Shown: positions 13,935-26,982 of the stretch, piece after piece | Layout of the letters: every line of letters starts with the position of its first letter | Numbering within the stretch: position 1 is the stretch's first letter | Source: the human T2T-CHM13v2.0 reference genome, Homo sapiens | DNA length: 64,000 nucleotides | Assembly: GCF_009914755.1 (NCBI RefSeq) | Contig: NC_060930.1 | Strand: one strand, 5' to 3' | Position numbers and translations under genes: made by a program | Notes under the pieces: generated by a model | The model's input: the letters and a program-made list of their open reading frames with translations, nothing else | What the model was told of the DNA's origin: nothing | Databases searched by the model: none

Positions 13935-14578
13935 TTAGTTTTGTTTTAAAGGCTGCACTGTCCTGACCGTTTTACTTTCTCAGAGAAACACCCCCTGCCC
14001 TATCCACCCCAACCTCTGCTTTTATTTTTCTGTCTGAGAAGAAACCTTTGGAGGAACGTAGAGCTTACAGACATTACACCTCAACGGTACTTCTGTGCTT
14101 TCAGCATTTGTTGCCAGGAAATTATTCTGAATTATTCTGGCAAAATTTCAGCTCTGGAAGGGTCCTGTCCACCCCCGCCCCCCCGCCCCTGCCATGGTGG
14201 GAGTGGGGGTGTGGGGCTCAGTGTTCTCAGATGTAGAGAAACCAGCAGGGGGTTAATCCCCTCTACAAACATTGTATCCTCTCCTGACCTTCGTATGCAT
14301 TGGAATCAAGGGTAAGAAGTTTCTTTTGAAGCTTTCCTTTCGTTCTTTATTTGGGTACCTCAGAATGTAGGCTAATCTCGGCTTGGCAATGAGGAGTTTC
14401 AGTTTGGCCAACTGGGAAGATGCTCTGTGATTCAAGAAGGTTTCAGTATCAGCTCTCCCCAGATAGCATGAGGGTGTCAGTTGTGTGTGAGTTTACAAGA
14501 GCCTGAAATCTGGGATTGTATGTCCCCACCCAACTCTCCTTTTTTTGGTTTTGGTTGAAAAATAAGAAGGCTGGTTTA

Positions 14579-14879
14579 TTTATTTATTTATTTATTTGAG
14601 ACGGAGTCTCGCTCTGTCGCCCAGGCTGGAGTGCAGTGGCGCATCTCGGTTCACTGCAAGCTCCGCCTCCTGGGTTCACGCCATTCTCCTGCCTCAGCCT
14701 CCCGAGTAGCTGGGAATACAGGCGCCCACCACCACGCCAGGATAATGTTTTGTATTTTTTTAGTACAGACGGGGTTTCACCATGTTAGCCAGGCTTGTCT
14801 CGATCTCCTGACCTCGTGATCTGCTCGCCTTGGCCTCCCAAAGTGCTGGGATTACAGGCATGAGCCACCGGGCCCAGCC
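14579..14879 (-). mobile_element. AluY with (TTTA)n tail
   Basis: caagctccgcctcc..ttcacgccattctcc; TSD aagaaggctggttta at 14564-14578 and 14881-14895. Confidence 0.93.
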
Positions 14880-16971
14880 AAAGAAGGCTGGTTTAGATAA
14901 GGTTGACATCAGGCCTAAATAATATCAAATTATCTTAATTAACATATTAAATAAACAAGTAATAGTCTGACAGGTGACTTGTGGAGACAGAGTTTCTTCA
15001 TATCAAGCATACTAGAATATTAAATTAGTGAGTCTATTTTTATTTTCTCGCAGGCAGTGCTTAGATTAGAACCATGGGAGTAAAAGCTTCCCAGTATTTT
15101 AAGAAATCCGGTTACTCGTGGAGTGACCATCATCAATTATTTTAAAGCACACCAATAAATTCTGCTGATTATTCATTTTCCAAAGCTAGTCACAGCACTT
15201 TCAACTAAAAAAAAAAAAAGTGCCTTATCCCCAAAGCAATTTGCTTTTCAATATATCAATACAATTTACTTATGACATTGCTCAGGGATTAATATAATAT
15301 AAGGTCCCTGGCGATTCCTTTTTTCTTTGCAAGTCATAAACAGGAAGTTGACAATAACTTTTGTGGCTCTGGATGTGTAAAGTATATTTGTGGAATAAGG
15401 AATCATTTACTATTGTCTAAGCTGTAGGATGAATGTATGTAGATTTTGATGTCTTCATAGCTCCATTGTAGTAATTTGAACCCACTGTTAAAACACAGTG
15501 AGTATATTCTGATGGACGTCAACCATTTTTTATCAACTAGGTATCAGATGAGAAAACCCTAGCCCAGGAAATTTAGGCAAGTTACTTGATTCAAAGAAAG
15601 AAAAATTCCTACCCGGTCACAAAAGAAATTTAGACTAAACGCTATTCCAGAGTCAAATAGAGCACTGACCATTAAATACAGACTGTTATAAACCTTTGCT
15701 GAGCCCCGGTGTTAAAAAATATTCAGATCAAATAGCAATAATGCTCCATTCTTCCAGGGTATTCTTTGGAGGTTTTCCTTACTAAGGAAAAGACTCAACA
15801 ATATTTTGCATTTGTATAATACCACCTAAATCCTTTACGAATGCTATTAGTCTCACTTTGCAGGTGAAACAGCCTTATTTCAGAAAGATGTTTACTGAGA
15901 TTTCACAACTGGTAAAGAGAACATACACAGCATTTGCCATCATATTTCGTTATAATTAAAGGGAGATTGGTGATTTTTTTTTTTAGGTTGCAGTTTCTAG
16001 TAGAGGCATTTGCTGGTGTTGTAAAGCCATTTAAGGACCGTAGAACTTAAGGGATTCCCATTTGCCCCTTGGCATACGGACTTGCTGGAAGCTTCTCAGA
16101 CAGTAGAATAGCAAATGGTACCCAGTCTCAGCTAAGTTATAGAAAAAATGAAGGCATGGATAGCCCTTAAGCCCTACTGCAGAATCAAATATATACATGA
16201 CTCATTTATGTTGTTTTCTGATTGTTGGTTCACTTCAAAATAAAAATATTTAAGTGGAGGAAATATTTAAATATTAAATGGAATATCAAGACACTGCAAC
16301 TCTTTCTAGTTCAATTGAATATTCTAAGTACTCAGTGTTTAATGAGATTCTCTCAGTCTAGGTCAGAAGAGTCAAAAAGAAAGCTCTTTACAGTTGCAGG
16401 GGCTGGGTTTTAAATTGCTATGTGACCTAGAAATAAAGTCAAACTCATTTATTTTCACATACAATTCCCTCAGCATTTCCAAATGAAAACATGTTCATTT
16501 GACTAGCCTGTCACAAAACAGGGTTACACAATGTATCTTAGAAAAGCATTTAACTTTCAAAGGCTGTTATTCAACAACTTCTAGGAGATAATTGTGAATA
16601 TTCTCAAATAATCCAAATTTAAAGCTGCTTAAAAGAGACACAGTGCACATGGGCTAAGATAACAAACCTGTCACACTCAAGGGAAGCACTAATTCAGGTG
16701 CATTCCAGTAAGGATGTTCAGTGGGATACCTCCTTTCCAATTCTACCTACTGTCAAGTCTGTGCAAATGCTTAAAGAGGCTCTAATATAATTTTGTCATC
16801 AGATCTCTTGAGTCACCAGTCACTGCTAGAGCCCCTGGTCTGGTAACACAATAGAAATATTGCAATGGTTGCATAACCCTGAGCCACACTGGCTGCCTGT
16901 ACTAGCTGTCTGCCTACGTCGGCCTTAAAATTCTTTCTACTCTTTTTAAATCAAATAAATGTTAGAATGGG

Positions 16972-17136
16972 TTTCCTTTTCCTTTTCATCCCTCCCTTCC
17001 TTCCTTCCCTATCTCCTCCCTCCCTCCCTGCCATCTTTCTTTCCTTCCTTCCTTCCTGCCTCCCTCCCTCCCTTCCTTCCTTCCCCCTCCCTCCTTTAAT
17101 CCCTCCTTCTCTTCCTCCTTCTCTCTCTCTTTCCTC
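16972..17136. repeat. (CCTT/CCCT)n polypyrimidine low-complexity tract
   Basis: Seen directly in the sequence. Confidence 0.9.
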
Positions 17137-17399
17137 TGCTGTGTTTCAGCTCTCTCCTCATCCAGCTTTGATATTTTTATGTGTTTGGTTCACCCCCTCC
17201 CAATAATGTCAGAGAAAGAAAAGGTCAGTAGTTGTTCCTGTGTGGGTTTTTTTTCTTCTGTTCCCCCAAACTCACTTTTTTTGGTCATTCCCTTGCTGCC
17301 CCCCTACCCCCGCCCCCACCTTACCACCACCAGGAAACAGAAGAGGGAGGAGAAAGAGAGGGGAAAAAAAAAAAGATTAAGACGTAAGCTGGCTAGATA

Positions 17400-18120
17400 A
17401 GCCTGTGACCGGTTTTCTTACCAGCTCTGAATGAGGGTACAAGGATACAAAGGCAGCCCGCTCTATTGGAGCCAGCGCGAGGTTGGTGGGAGCTCTGGCT
17501 TGATTGTATGTCACTCGGAGAAAGGGTGTTTCATCAATTACACATTAACTATGTGCACTGAGTAGAAGGTAGCAGATAAAAAATGCAGATGTTTCTGCAG
17601 CCCAGTAGAATGAGAACTGCTCTTGATCCTGTCAAAAGAACATTTTGAATCAAAGGGGCTTCATGGGATCCAGAGAGTTTTGTGGTCCAGTGCTATGGTG
17701 TGGCCTTTTAATCATTAAACCCTTTTATAGTGGTGAAATGAACATCCATTGTCATGGCCACACCAATGAGGCCATCCAACCTGGCAAAAAGGGAGGGCTT
17801 TGCTATATGGTGGGAGCGCAATGAAAGAAGGGGACAGGCTCACAGTTCTGTGGAATTCAGAAGATAACAACAAAAATGAATCACAAAGAAAAGACTGGCT
17901 CAGGTTAGTTTGGTCAAATTGCTTTTGGCTGCAACACTTTCTTACCAGCCAAACACCAGCTCCCCTCTTTTGTTTTCAGCCAGTGTTTTACTGGCTCCGT
18001 TTAATTTTTACTGTTCTTTAAGTGCAGGTTACTTAGGAAAGCTGATTGGAAATGGTATTATATTCTTAATCACTTTTCTACAGCTGTGGGAGAGCCATTA
18101 GCATTGGCAGAAGAAAGAAG
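17400..18120. promoter_or_regulatory. Candidate enhancer
   Basis: Unique sequence with ATCAAAGG (TCF/LEF) 17649, CATTGT (SOX) about 17747, several TAAT/ATTA cores and CCAAT boxes. Confidence 0.3.
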
Positions 18121-18431
18121 TTGCATCCCCCCGCCCCCATCTCCTGCACTTGGCCCAACTATGCAGTCTATGCCAGGAAGCAAGAGTTATGGAAGAAATT
18201 ATCTCTAACTCCAATCTTGGAAAGGAGCCTGCATTTTGGCTGGCTTCAAAACCATAGGCTTTTAGTCATATTTTTTTCCTGAACATTTCTTGTGACTTCT
18301 AAGTTCCACCATTCTTTTCTCCTACAGTTTTCAGCTAAGAAAGAGAAACACTCGATCTTTTAATACAGCTTTTTTCATTTTCTTTTTATTGTAGTAAAAT
18401 ATACATTGGCATGAAACTTTTGCCATTTTCT

Positions 18432-18686
18432 TATTTTTATTTTTAATTTTTTTCTTAGAGACAAGATCTCACTCTGTCATCCAAGCTGGAGTGCAGTGGT
18501 GCGATCACGGCTTACAACAGCCTCTAACTCCTGGGGACAAGTGCACACCACCATGCCCAGCTAATTTTTTTAAATTTTGTGGAGACAAGGTCTCACCATG
18601 TTGCCTGGACTGGTTGAACTCCTGGGCTCAGGGGATACTTCTGTCTCAAAGTGCTGGGATTACAGGTGTGAGCCTTCTGCCCAGCC
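18432..18686 (-). mobile_element. AluJ, degraded
   Basis: Alu dimer with internal deletions. Confidence 0.8.
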
Positions 18687-18695
18687 ACATTTTAG

Positions 18696-18990
<295 letters not shown>

Positions 18991-19172
18991 ATTTTAGCCA
19001 TTTTTAAGTGGCATGTTTACATGGCATGAAACTTACCACTTTAACCATTTTTAAATGTACAGCTCAATGGTATTAAGTACATTCATATCATTGTAGAACT
19101 ATCACCACTATTTATCTCCAGAACTTTTTCATCTTCCTCATCTGAAACTCTGTCTCCATTAAACAATTTCTT

Positions 19173-19520
<348 letters not shown>

Positions 19521-19530
19521 CTATATCTAT

Positions 19531-20144
19531 TGAAGGGGCAGAAAAGTGTGGTACCTTTTCTCACCCATCATAAGAGTCACCGTCAACACTCCTGTAACAA
19601 AAGATAGGTTAACAAGAGAAAAGTACAACAAATTTATTTAATCAAAGTTTTATGTGACATGAGAAACATCAGAAATGAAGACCCAAAGATCCAGGAAAAA
19701 CTGCCTATTTTTATGCTTAGGATCAATGAAGAATGAACAGCCATGTAGAAATGTCACTGGACCAAAGGGTATGATCTAATGGTGATAGGCTGAGGGGGAA
19801 ACCCAGCAAGGCCTGCCTGTTCAGATTCTTCTTGGTCTCTCTGTGTAGTCTGCCTTCATCCTGGGCTTGGGTAGGACCCCTGTGGAATGAAGGTCTTTAA
19901 GAGAGAGTGACCTTTCTAGGTTATGGCTTGCTTGGGGGAAAAGAGGTTCTAGTTTCTATGACCCACCTTGGGAAAGAGGAATTCTGGTTTCTATGACTCA
20001 CTTTATGGGAGAAAGAGAGGCGAGAAACAGGAGGATGGAAGAGGGTCAGAGAGACTGTTTCTGAGACCTTTCAACCTCCTTTTGTTCAAAGCATTCAGCA
20101 TGCCAAGGTGCCATACTTTGGGGTATCATGCTCTAGCCCCAACA
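19531..20144 (-). mobile_element. MER39-type ERV1 solo LTR
   Basis: Reverse complement begins tgttggggct..gataccccaaagtatggc..ttggcatgctga; TSD ctat/ttat. Confidence 0.8.
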
Positions 20145-20311
20145 TTATAAACTTGACTACTCTAGATACCTTAAATAAATAGAATTATACAATATTTATC
20201 CTTTTCTGACTGGCTTATTTCACTTAGCACAATGTCCTCAGGGTTTATCCATGTTGTAGTGTATGTCAGAATTTCCTTCCCTTTTAAGGCTCAAAAGTAT
20301 TTATCTATATG

Positions 20312-20690
20312 TGATATGGCTTGGCTCTGTGTCTCCAACCAAATCTCAGATTGAATTGTAATCTTTAATGTTGTGGGAAGGACCTGGTGGGAGGGACCTG
20401 GTGGTGGAAGGACCTGGGATCATGGGGGCTGAGTTCCCCCTTGCTGATCTCTTGAATGAGTTCTGGTTGTTTAAAAGTGTGTAGCACCTCCTTCTTCACT
20501 CTCTCTCTCCTACTGGTCATTTGAAGATATGCTTGCTTCCCCTTCATATTCCACCTTGATTGTAAATTTCCTGAGGCCTCCCCAGCCATGCTTGCTGTGC
20601 AGACTGCAGAACTGTGAGCCAATTAAGCCTCTTTATAAATTACCCAGCCTCAGGTAGTTCTTTATAGCAGCATTATAATGGACTAATATA
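20312..20690 (+). mobile_element. THE1D/MST-type MaLR solo LTR
   Basis: tgatatgg.ttggctctgtgtc..aaatctca..ttgaattgtaatc..cctgaggcctccccagccatg..gaactgtgagccaattaa..ggactaata. Confidence 0.88.
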
Positions 20691-21045
20691 GTATTTATGT
20701 ACCAGATTTTGTTTATTCGTTGATCTATTAATGGACAATAGGGTTGCTTCCATCTTTTGATTCTTGTGAATTATGCTGCTATAAACATGGATGCACAAAT
20801 ATCTCTTTGAGTTTATACTTTCTTTTCTTCTGGGTATATATCCAGAGGGGAATTGCTAGATCATACCATAATTCTATGTTTAATCTTTTGTGGTACTAAA
20901 ATACTGTTTTTCACAGTGGTCTCACATTCTGACCAGCAATGTACAAGGGTTCCAATTTCTCCTTATTCTTGCCAACACTTTTTTGAAGCTAACCATCCTA
21001 ATAGGTGTGAATGGTATCTCACTGTGGTTTTAATATGCGTTTCCC

Positions 21046-21445
21046 ATAAAGAAAATATGGCACATATACACTATGGAATACTATGTAGTCATCAAAAATC
21101 ATGTCCTTTGCAGGGACATGGATAAAGCGGGAAGCCATCACTCTCAGCAAACTAACACAGGAACAGAAAACCATACACCACATGTTCTCACTCATAAGTG
21201 GGAGTTGAACAATGAGAACACATGGACACAGGGAGGGGAACATCACACACCAGGGCCTCTTGGGGGGTGGGGCGCAAGGGGAGCAAGAGCATTAGGACAA
21301 ATACCTAATGCTTGTAGGGCTTAAAAACCTAGATGACAGGTTGATAGGTGCAGCAAACCACCATGGCACATGTATACAATGTAACAAAGCTGCACGTTCT
21401 GTGCATGTATCCCAGAACCTAAGGTAAAATTTAAAAAAGAAAAAA
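21046..21445 (+). mobile_element. L1PA 3' end (5'-truncated)
   Basis: tcctttgcagggacatgga..ggtgcagcaaaccaccatggcac; TSD atgcgttt(c/g)cca. Confidence 0.9.
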
Positions 21446-22731
21446 ATGCGTTTGCCAGATAATTGGTGATGTTGAGTATCTTTTCATGTATTTATTGGCC
21501 ATCTATATATCTTCTTTGGAGAAATATCTATTCAAGTCCTTTGTCCATTTTTGAATTGAGTTGTTTTTCTTTTGTTAAGTTATAGGAGTTCCTTAAATAT
21601 TCTGAATATTAACCCCTTCTTAGATACGTAATTTGCATATGACTTCTCCCATTTCATGGGTTTCCTTTTCATTCTGTTGATACTGTCTTTTGATACACAA
21701 AATATTTTAATTTTGATGAAGTCCAATTTTTCTAGTTTTCTTTTATTGTCTCTGCTTTTGATGTCATATCCAAGAAATAATTACCAAATTCACTGTCATA
21801 AAGCTTTCCCCCTATATTTTCTTTTAAGAGTTTTATAGTTTAGCACTTACATTTAGATCTTTGATTTATTTTGAGTTAATTTTTCTATGTGGTATAAGGT
21901 AAGGGTCCAACTTCATTTTTTTTTTTATTTGGCAGGGGGACAGGGGCATGTAGATATCCAGTTTTCCCAATACCAGTTTTGAAGACTATTCTTTTTCTAT
22001 TGAATGACCTTGGCACCCTTGTCAAAAATTATTCAGCCATATATACAAGGGTTTATTTCTGGGATTTCTATCCTATTACATTGGTCTATATGTCTGTCTT
22101 TATGCCAGTACCACATTGTTTTGATAACCATAGCTTTGTAGTAAGTTTTGAACTCAGGAAGTGTGAAATCTCTGTTTTTTTTTTTCTAGATAGTTTTGAC
22201 TATTTGAGATCCCTTGAGATTCCACATGAATTTTAGATTGGATTTTTCTATTTTTTACAGAAAACATAATTGGGATTTTGATAAGGATTGCATTGAATTT
22301 TTAGATCATTTTGGGTAGTAGTGACAACAATATTTCTTCCAATCTATGAACATGGAATGTCTTTCCATTTATTGGTACCTTCGTTTTCTTTCAGCAATAT
22401 TCTGTAGTTGCACAAGTCTCACCTCCTTGTTAAATTTATTGCTAAGTATTTAATTCTTTTTATACTAACATAAATGGAATTTTCTTAATCTCTCTTTTAG
22501 GATATTCATCTAATTTAGTTTTTAATCAGGAAAAATATAGAACTTTTACCAAATTCCCACCTGAATCTCATCCCAAAGAAATTGGTACAATGAAGTGTGT
22601 AGAGGCTGACCAGAAACTACTTCCCAACTCCTGCTTTCCCAGCCAGGGAAAGCCATGACCTGCTTTCCCAGGTCATGCCCTGCTCTTCCTGGCAGGAAGC
22701 CACTAGTGGAAATACAAAGTCCAATGGAATC

Positions 22732-22743
22732 TTTCATTCTTTC

Positions 22744-22794
<51 letters not shown>

Positions 22795-22940
22795 CTTTCT
22801 TTCTTTCTCTTTCTTTCTTTTTCTTTCTTTCTTTCTTTCTCTTTCTTTCTCTCTCTCTTTCTTTCCTCTCTCTTTCCTTCCTTCTTTCTTTTTTTCTTTC
22901 TCTCTCTGTCTCTCTCTCTTTCTTTCTCTCTTGCTCTCTT
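22732..22940. repeat. Complex (TTTC)n/(CT)n microsatellite grown from an Alu tail
   Basis: About 200 bp of near-pure pyrimidine abutting the Alu 3' end. Confidence 0.95.
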
Positions 22941-23192
22941 TCGACAGAGCTTCATGTTGTCTCCCAGGCTGGAGTGCAGTCACATAATCTCAGATCACTG
23001 CAACCTCTGCCTCCCAGGTTTAAGCCACCTTCCCAAGTAGCTGAGACTACGGGCATGTGTGTGCCACCATGCCCAGCTAATTTTTGTATTTTTAGTAAAG
23101 ACAGGGTTTTGCCATGTTGGCCAGGCTGGACTTAAGTGATTCACCCACCTTGGCCTCCATTACAGGTGTGAGCCACTCACTGTGCCTTGCCC
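22941..23192 (-). mobile_element. Alu (degraded, internal deletions)
   Basis: cccaggctggagtgcagt..gctaatttttgtatttttagta..ttacaggtgtgagccact. Confidence 0.85.
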
Positions 23193-24583
23193 TGGAATTT
23201 TTTTCAAGTATGACAATATTAAGATATCATTGTTATGTCAGAAAGCAGTTTTTATTTACACCATTTAATAGGTTAGAAATCCACCATTAATCTTGAAAAT
23301 GAAACATTCTGAAGTCAGGAAGTTTCCAAGTAACGTTTTCGAAGAAAACTGATTTACCTACCCAAATATTTCAATGAATGCTAATATAACTTGCAAATAA
23401 GTATAAAAATAAGTAGCTCACTGATTTCATACTTCCATTTGAAAGCTATTAGTCACATAAACGGCATCTTTTTTCTAGATTTTTTAGGGGGAGGGTGTCA
23501 TATAATGTATATAGATTTCATACACCACATTAAGGCAATAATTTCCCCCTCTCAAGAAAACAAGAACATTTCATGACATGCAGAATAAGAGGATGTGTGT
23601 GATGTGTGTGTGTTTTGCAGAAAGACATTTTCTTCTATTTTGTAGATAGTGACATAACCTAGTCATACCAACTCTCGCTAAATTTAAATATTAGATGAAA
23701 AATGTATCAGTCAAGCATTTTTGTCTTTGGTTTATTGATAATACTTTATATGTTTACACTCTCACATTTTCCCTTTTATGAGATAACATGCTTTCTTTAA
23801 AAAAATTTTTTACAAGTGTTCTTTAAAAGAGGCTATAGAAACAGATTTTAGTAGTACTACGTGCTAAATAATTTTATAAAACTCCAGATAGATATACATT
23901 ATCCTAAAGATACAACCTTGTTGACTTGACACTACAAAGGAAACAAAAAACAAAAACACACAAAGAAAACTCAGCAAACAGGAACAGAGAAAGAGTTTGG
24001 TTTCTCTGGTCGCCCAAGAATTAAGTTCCATAAGTTATAGAATGATACAACTCATTTTGTTTTTTTAATTTTAATTTGAAAAGAAAATGTATTAAAGTGA
24101 AAAGTTTGGTTCCACATTAGTCCGTGGCACATGTGCTTTTTAGTATCCTCACTTCTAAAGTGAGTATTAACACTTTCTGGCTGCCGTAGTAGTAGTGTAC
24201 CTCAAGGTACTTTATTTCCATCTTTTAGAAAATTATTGTGATATATATTTTATTAGAAAAAACACTTTAGTGCTATTTGATAGAAAAATATAATAATAAA
24301 TATACAAATGAGCGTGTCTATAATGTAATCAGGGTCCTCTTTAATGTGTTGCTCTGTGCAGCATACAGCCTGAACAACTGTACTAAGATAGCTCTATTCT
24401 TTGTTTGTTTGTTGTCTTAGGGCAAAAATCTTGGAATCATCCATGACATTTTTCATTCTTTCATGTCCTAAATGGGACCTATTGTTAGATCCTGTTTGTT
24501 GTTATTTCAAAAATACCCAGGATCCAACTACATCTTAACACCTGTGTAGCTACCATTCTGTTCTAAGCCCCCATCATTTGGAT

Positions 24584-24776
24584 TGGGAGTCTGCAAACTA
24601 TATAGCCAGGGCCATAGGAGAGACAAGTCTGGCGACACCCATTTGTTTACTTATTGTCTGTGGCTGCTTTCCTGCTACAATGGAAGAGTTGAGTATTTGT
24701 CACAGCAACCACATGGTTTGCAAAGCCAAAAATATTTACTAGCTGGCTCTTTAAAGAAAAGGTTTGCTGACCTCTG
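24584..24776 (+). mobile_element. MER58A (hAT-Charlie) relic
   Basis: ccatttgtttacttattgtctgtggctgcttt..caaagccaaaatatttacta.ctggc.ctttaaagaaaa.gtttgctgacc.ctg. Confidence 0.85.
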
Positions 24777-25201
24777 ACCTAGACTATTGCAGTGGCTTCA
24801 TAAATTTGTCTTCTTGCTTCCACTCCTGCTCCTTTAATAGAGCAGCTGGAAACAGGTCATGGTATTCCTCTGTGCAACCCTCAGTGGCTTCTCAGAGTAA
24901 AAGGCAAGGTCCTTAACCAGTATCCCTCCCATCACTAGTAGAGCTGATTGCCTGATACCTCCCAGCTCATTCTCTCCCACTCTCCTCTTGCTAATTCTGC
25001 TCCCCATGGCAGTTCTTGGAAACATGTCTAGCATGTTCCCTCTTCACCTGCTGTTTCCTCCACCAGGAGTGCTCTTCCTCCCAGGTGGCTGCATGGCCCA
25101 GTCTCTTCCAAAGTCACCTTGCAGAGAGGCCTTCCCTGAAAACTCTTCACGAAGCAGCACTTTACTCCATCTTCTCCATCCATCTCCTCTGCTTCACTTT
25201 T

Positions 25202-25718
25202 TTTTTTCAATTAAATTTAATTTTATTTTATGTTCCGGGATACATGTGCAGGATATGCAGGTTTGTTACATAGGTAAACCTGTGCCATGGTGGTTTGCTA
25301 TCAATCCATCACCTAGATAGTAAACCCAGCATGCATTAGCAATTTATTCTGATGCTCTCCCACCCCCCATTCCCCTGACAGACCCCAGTGTGTATTGTCC
25401 CCCTCCCTGTGTCCATGCATTCTCATCATTCAGCTCCCACTTACAAGTGAGAACATGTGGTGTTTGGTTTTCTGTTCCTGTGTTAGTTTTCTGAGGATAA
25501 TGGCTTCTAGCTCCATCCATGTCCCTGCAAAGGACATGATCTCATTACTTTTTATGGCTGCATGGTATTCCACAATGTATATGTACCACATTTTGTTTAT
25601 CCAATCTATCATTGATGGGCATGTGGGTTGATTCCATGTCTTTGCTATTGTGAATAGTGCTGCAATGAACATATGTGTGCATGTGTCTTTATAATAGAAT
25701 GATTTATATTCCTTGGGG
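25202..25718 (-). mobile_element. L1PA 3' end (about 0.5 kb)
   Basis: ORF2 C-terminus ([15 protein letters not shown]..); TSD tctgcttcactttt at 25188-25201 and 25719-25732. Confidence 0.93.
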
Positions 25719-25946
25719 TCTGCTTCACTTTTCTCCATCTCACTTATTCCTGGCTGACTTGGATTATATTTATCTGTCAGTGTATTCTCTGTCTCCTGCT
25801 ACCAGAAGCAAAAAGTGAATACATGGATACAAGGAGGCCATGTCTGTCTTTTTTCTTTACTTGCCAGTTCTTAATATTGACAACACAGTTCTGATCTTCT
25901 GCTTGAATTCCTTTTCACCTCATCTGGTTGGTAGGCCTGGGTTTTC

Positions 25947-26698
25947 TTTGATCACCAGACAGGTTCTTCCCGCTTGCTGCAGAGGCAAAATCAATTCACT
26001 GACAACGTGGTATTTCAGTAAAGAAAAAGGCTGGCCACGTGGGAGAACTGAAGTTATCACTCAAATCAATCCCCCTGAAGGCTCAGAGGTTAGAGTTTGT
26101 CAAGGATAGTTTGGTGGACAGGGGACTAGGGAGTGGGGAATGATGATTGATTCTGTCTGGGATGAAATCACAGAGGGTGAAAGTGAGTTCTTCTTGCTGT
26201 CTTCAGTTCCTGAGTGGGATCACAGAACTAGTTGAGCTCATCTACTGGTCTGGGTGGCACCAGATGGTCTATCAGAAAGCAAAGTCTGAAAAATATCTCG
26301 AACACCAATCTTAGGTTTAACAATGGTGATGTCATCCATATGCACAATTGGGGAGCAATCCTATGGATGTTATCCGTAGGAATCTCGGGGCCTCTGGCTG
26401 CATCACTTCTGCACCATAGTTTCTAATCTTGTGGCTAATTTGTTAGTTGTACGAAGGTGGTCTGGTCCCTAGGCAAGAAGAGGATTTGTTTGGGGAAGGG
26501 GCTGTTATCATCTTAGTTTCAAAGTTAAACTGTAAACTAAATTCCTACTAAAGTTAGCTCAGCCTATGCCTAGAAATGAACAAGGGCAGCTTGGCAGTTA
26601 AAAGCAAGGTGTGGTGGTTAGGTCAGATTTCTTTCACTGTCGTAATTTTCCTATGTCTAATTTTTCTCATTGTCATAATTTTTGCAAAGGTGATTGCA
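25947..26698 (-). mobile_element. LTR8/LTR8A-type ERV1 solo LTR
   Basis: Reverse complement begins tgcaatcacctttgcaaaaattatgac..gacagtgaaagaaatctgacctaacc; TSD tttc on both sides. Confidence 0.85.
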
Positions 26699-26957
26699 TT
26701 TCCTCCTCTGAAGTTTTGTTAAATTTTCTTGCATAGAGAAGATGCCATATGAGCCCAGGGTCTTTGTCAGGCTTTAGCTCACTCTCTCAAGTCATATGGC
26801 TTGGTGCCTTTACTCTGAGATGGTGCGGGTGGCTCTGGGGAAGAATCTAAGCTTTTCACTTTCTTGGTTTCATCTCTTTTTCCCCAACTACCTACTCTCC
26901 AGCCCCAAGAAAGGGTCTAGAAAAGGTAATTAGTGGTGGTAATGGTGTGTGTGTGGC

Positions 26958-26982
26958 GGGGGTAGGGTAGGGGGGTAGGGGG
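26958..26982 (+). other. Canonical G-quadruplex motif
   Basis: G5-TA-G3-TA-G6-TA-G5. Confidence 0.7.

Larger units (their letters stand above)
24420..25850 (+). mobile_element. L2 remnant hosting MER58A and L1PA
   Basis: aaaatcttggaatcatcc..cctagactattgcagtggc..cagagaggccttccctga. Confidence 0.65.

Noticed and set aside
22546-23040. KER-rich and FLS-rich ORFs
   Set aside because: Translations of the (TTTC)n microsatellite and Alu
24340-24395. Possible MER91-like DNA transposon end
   Set aside because: Too short and diverged to support by eye
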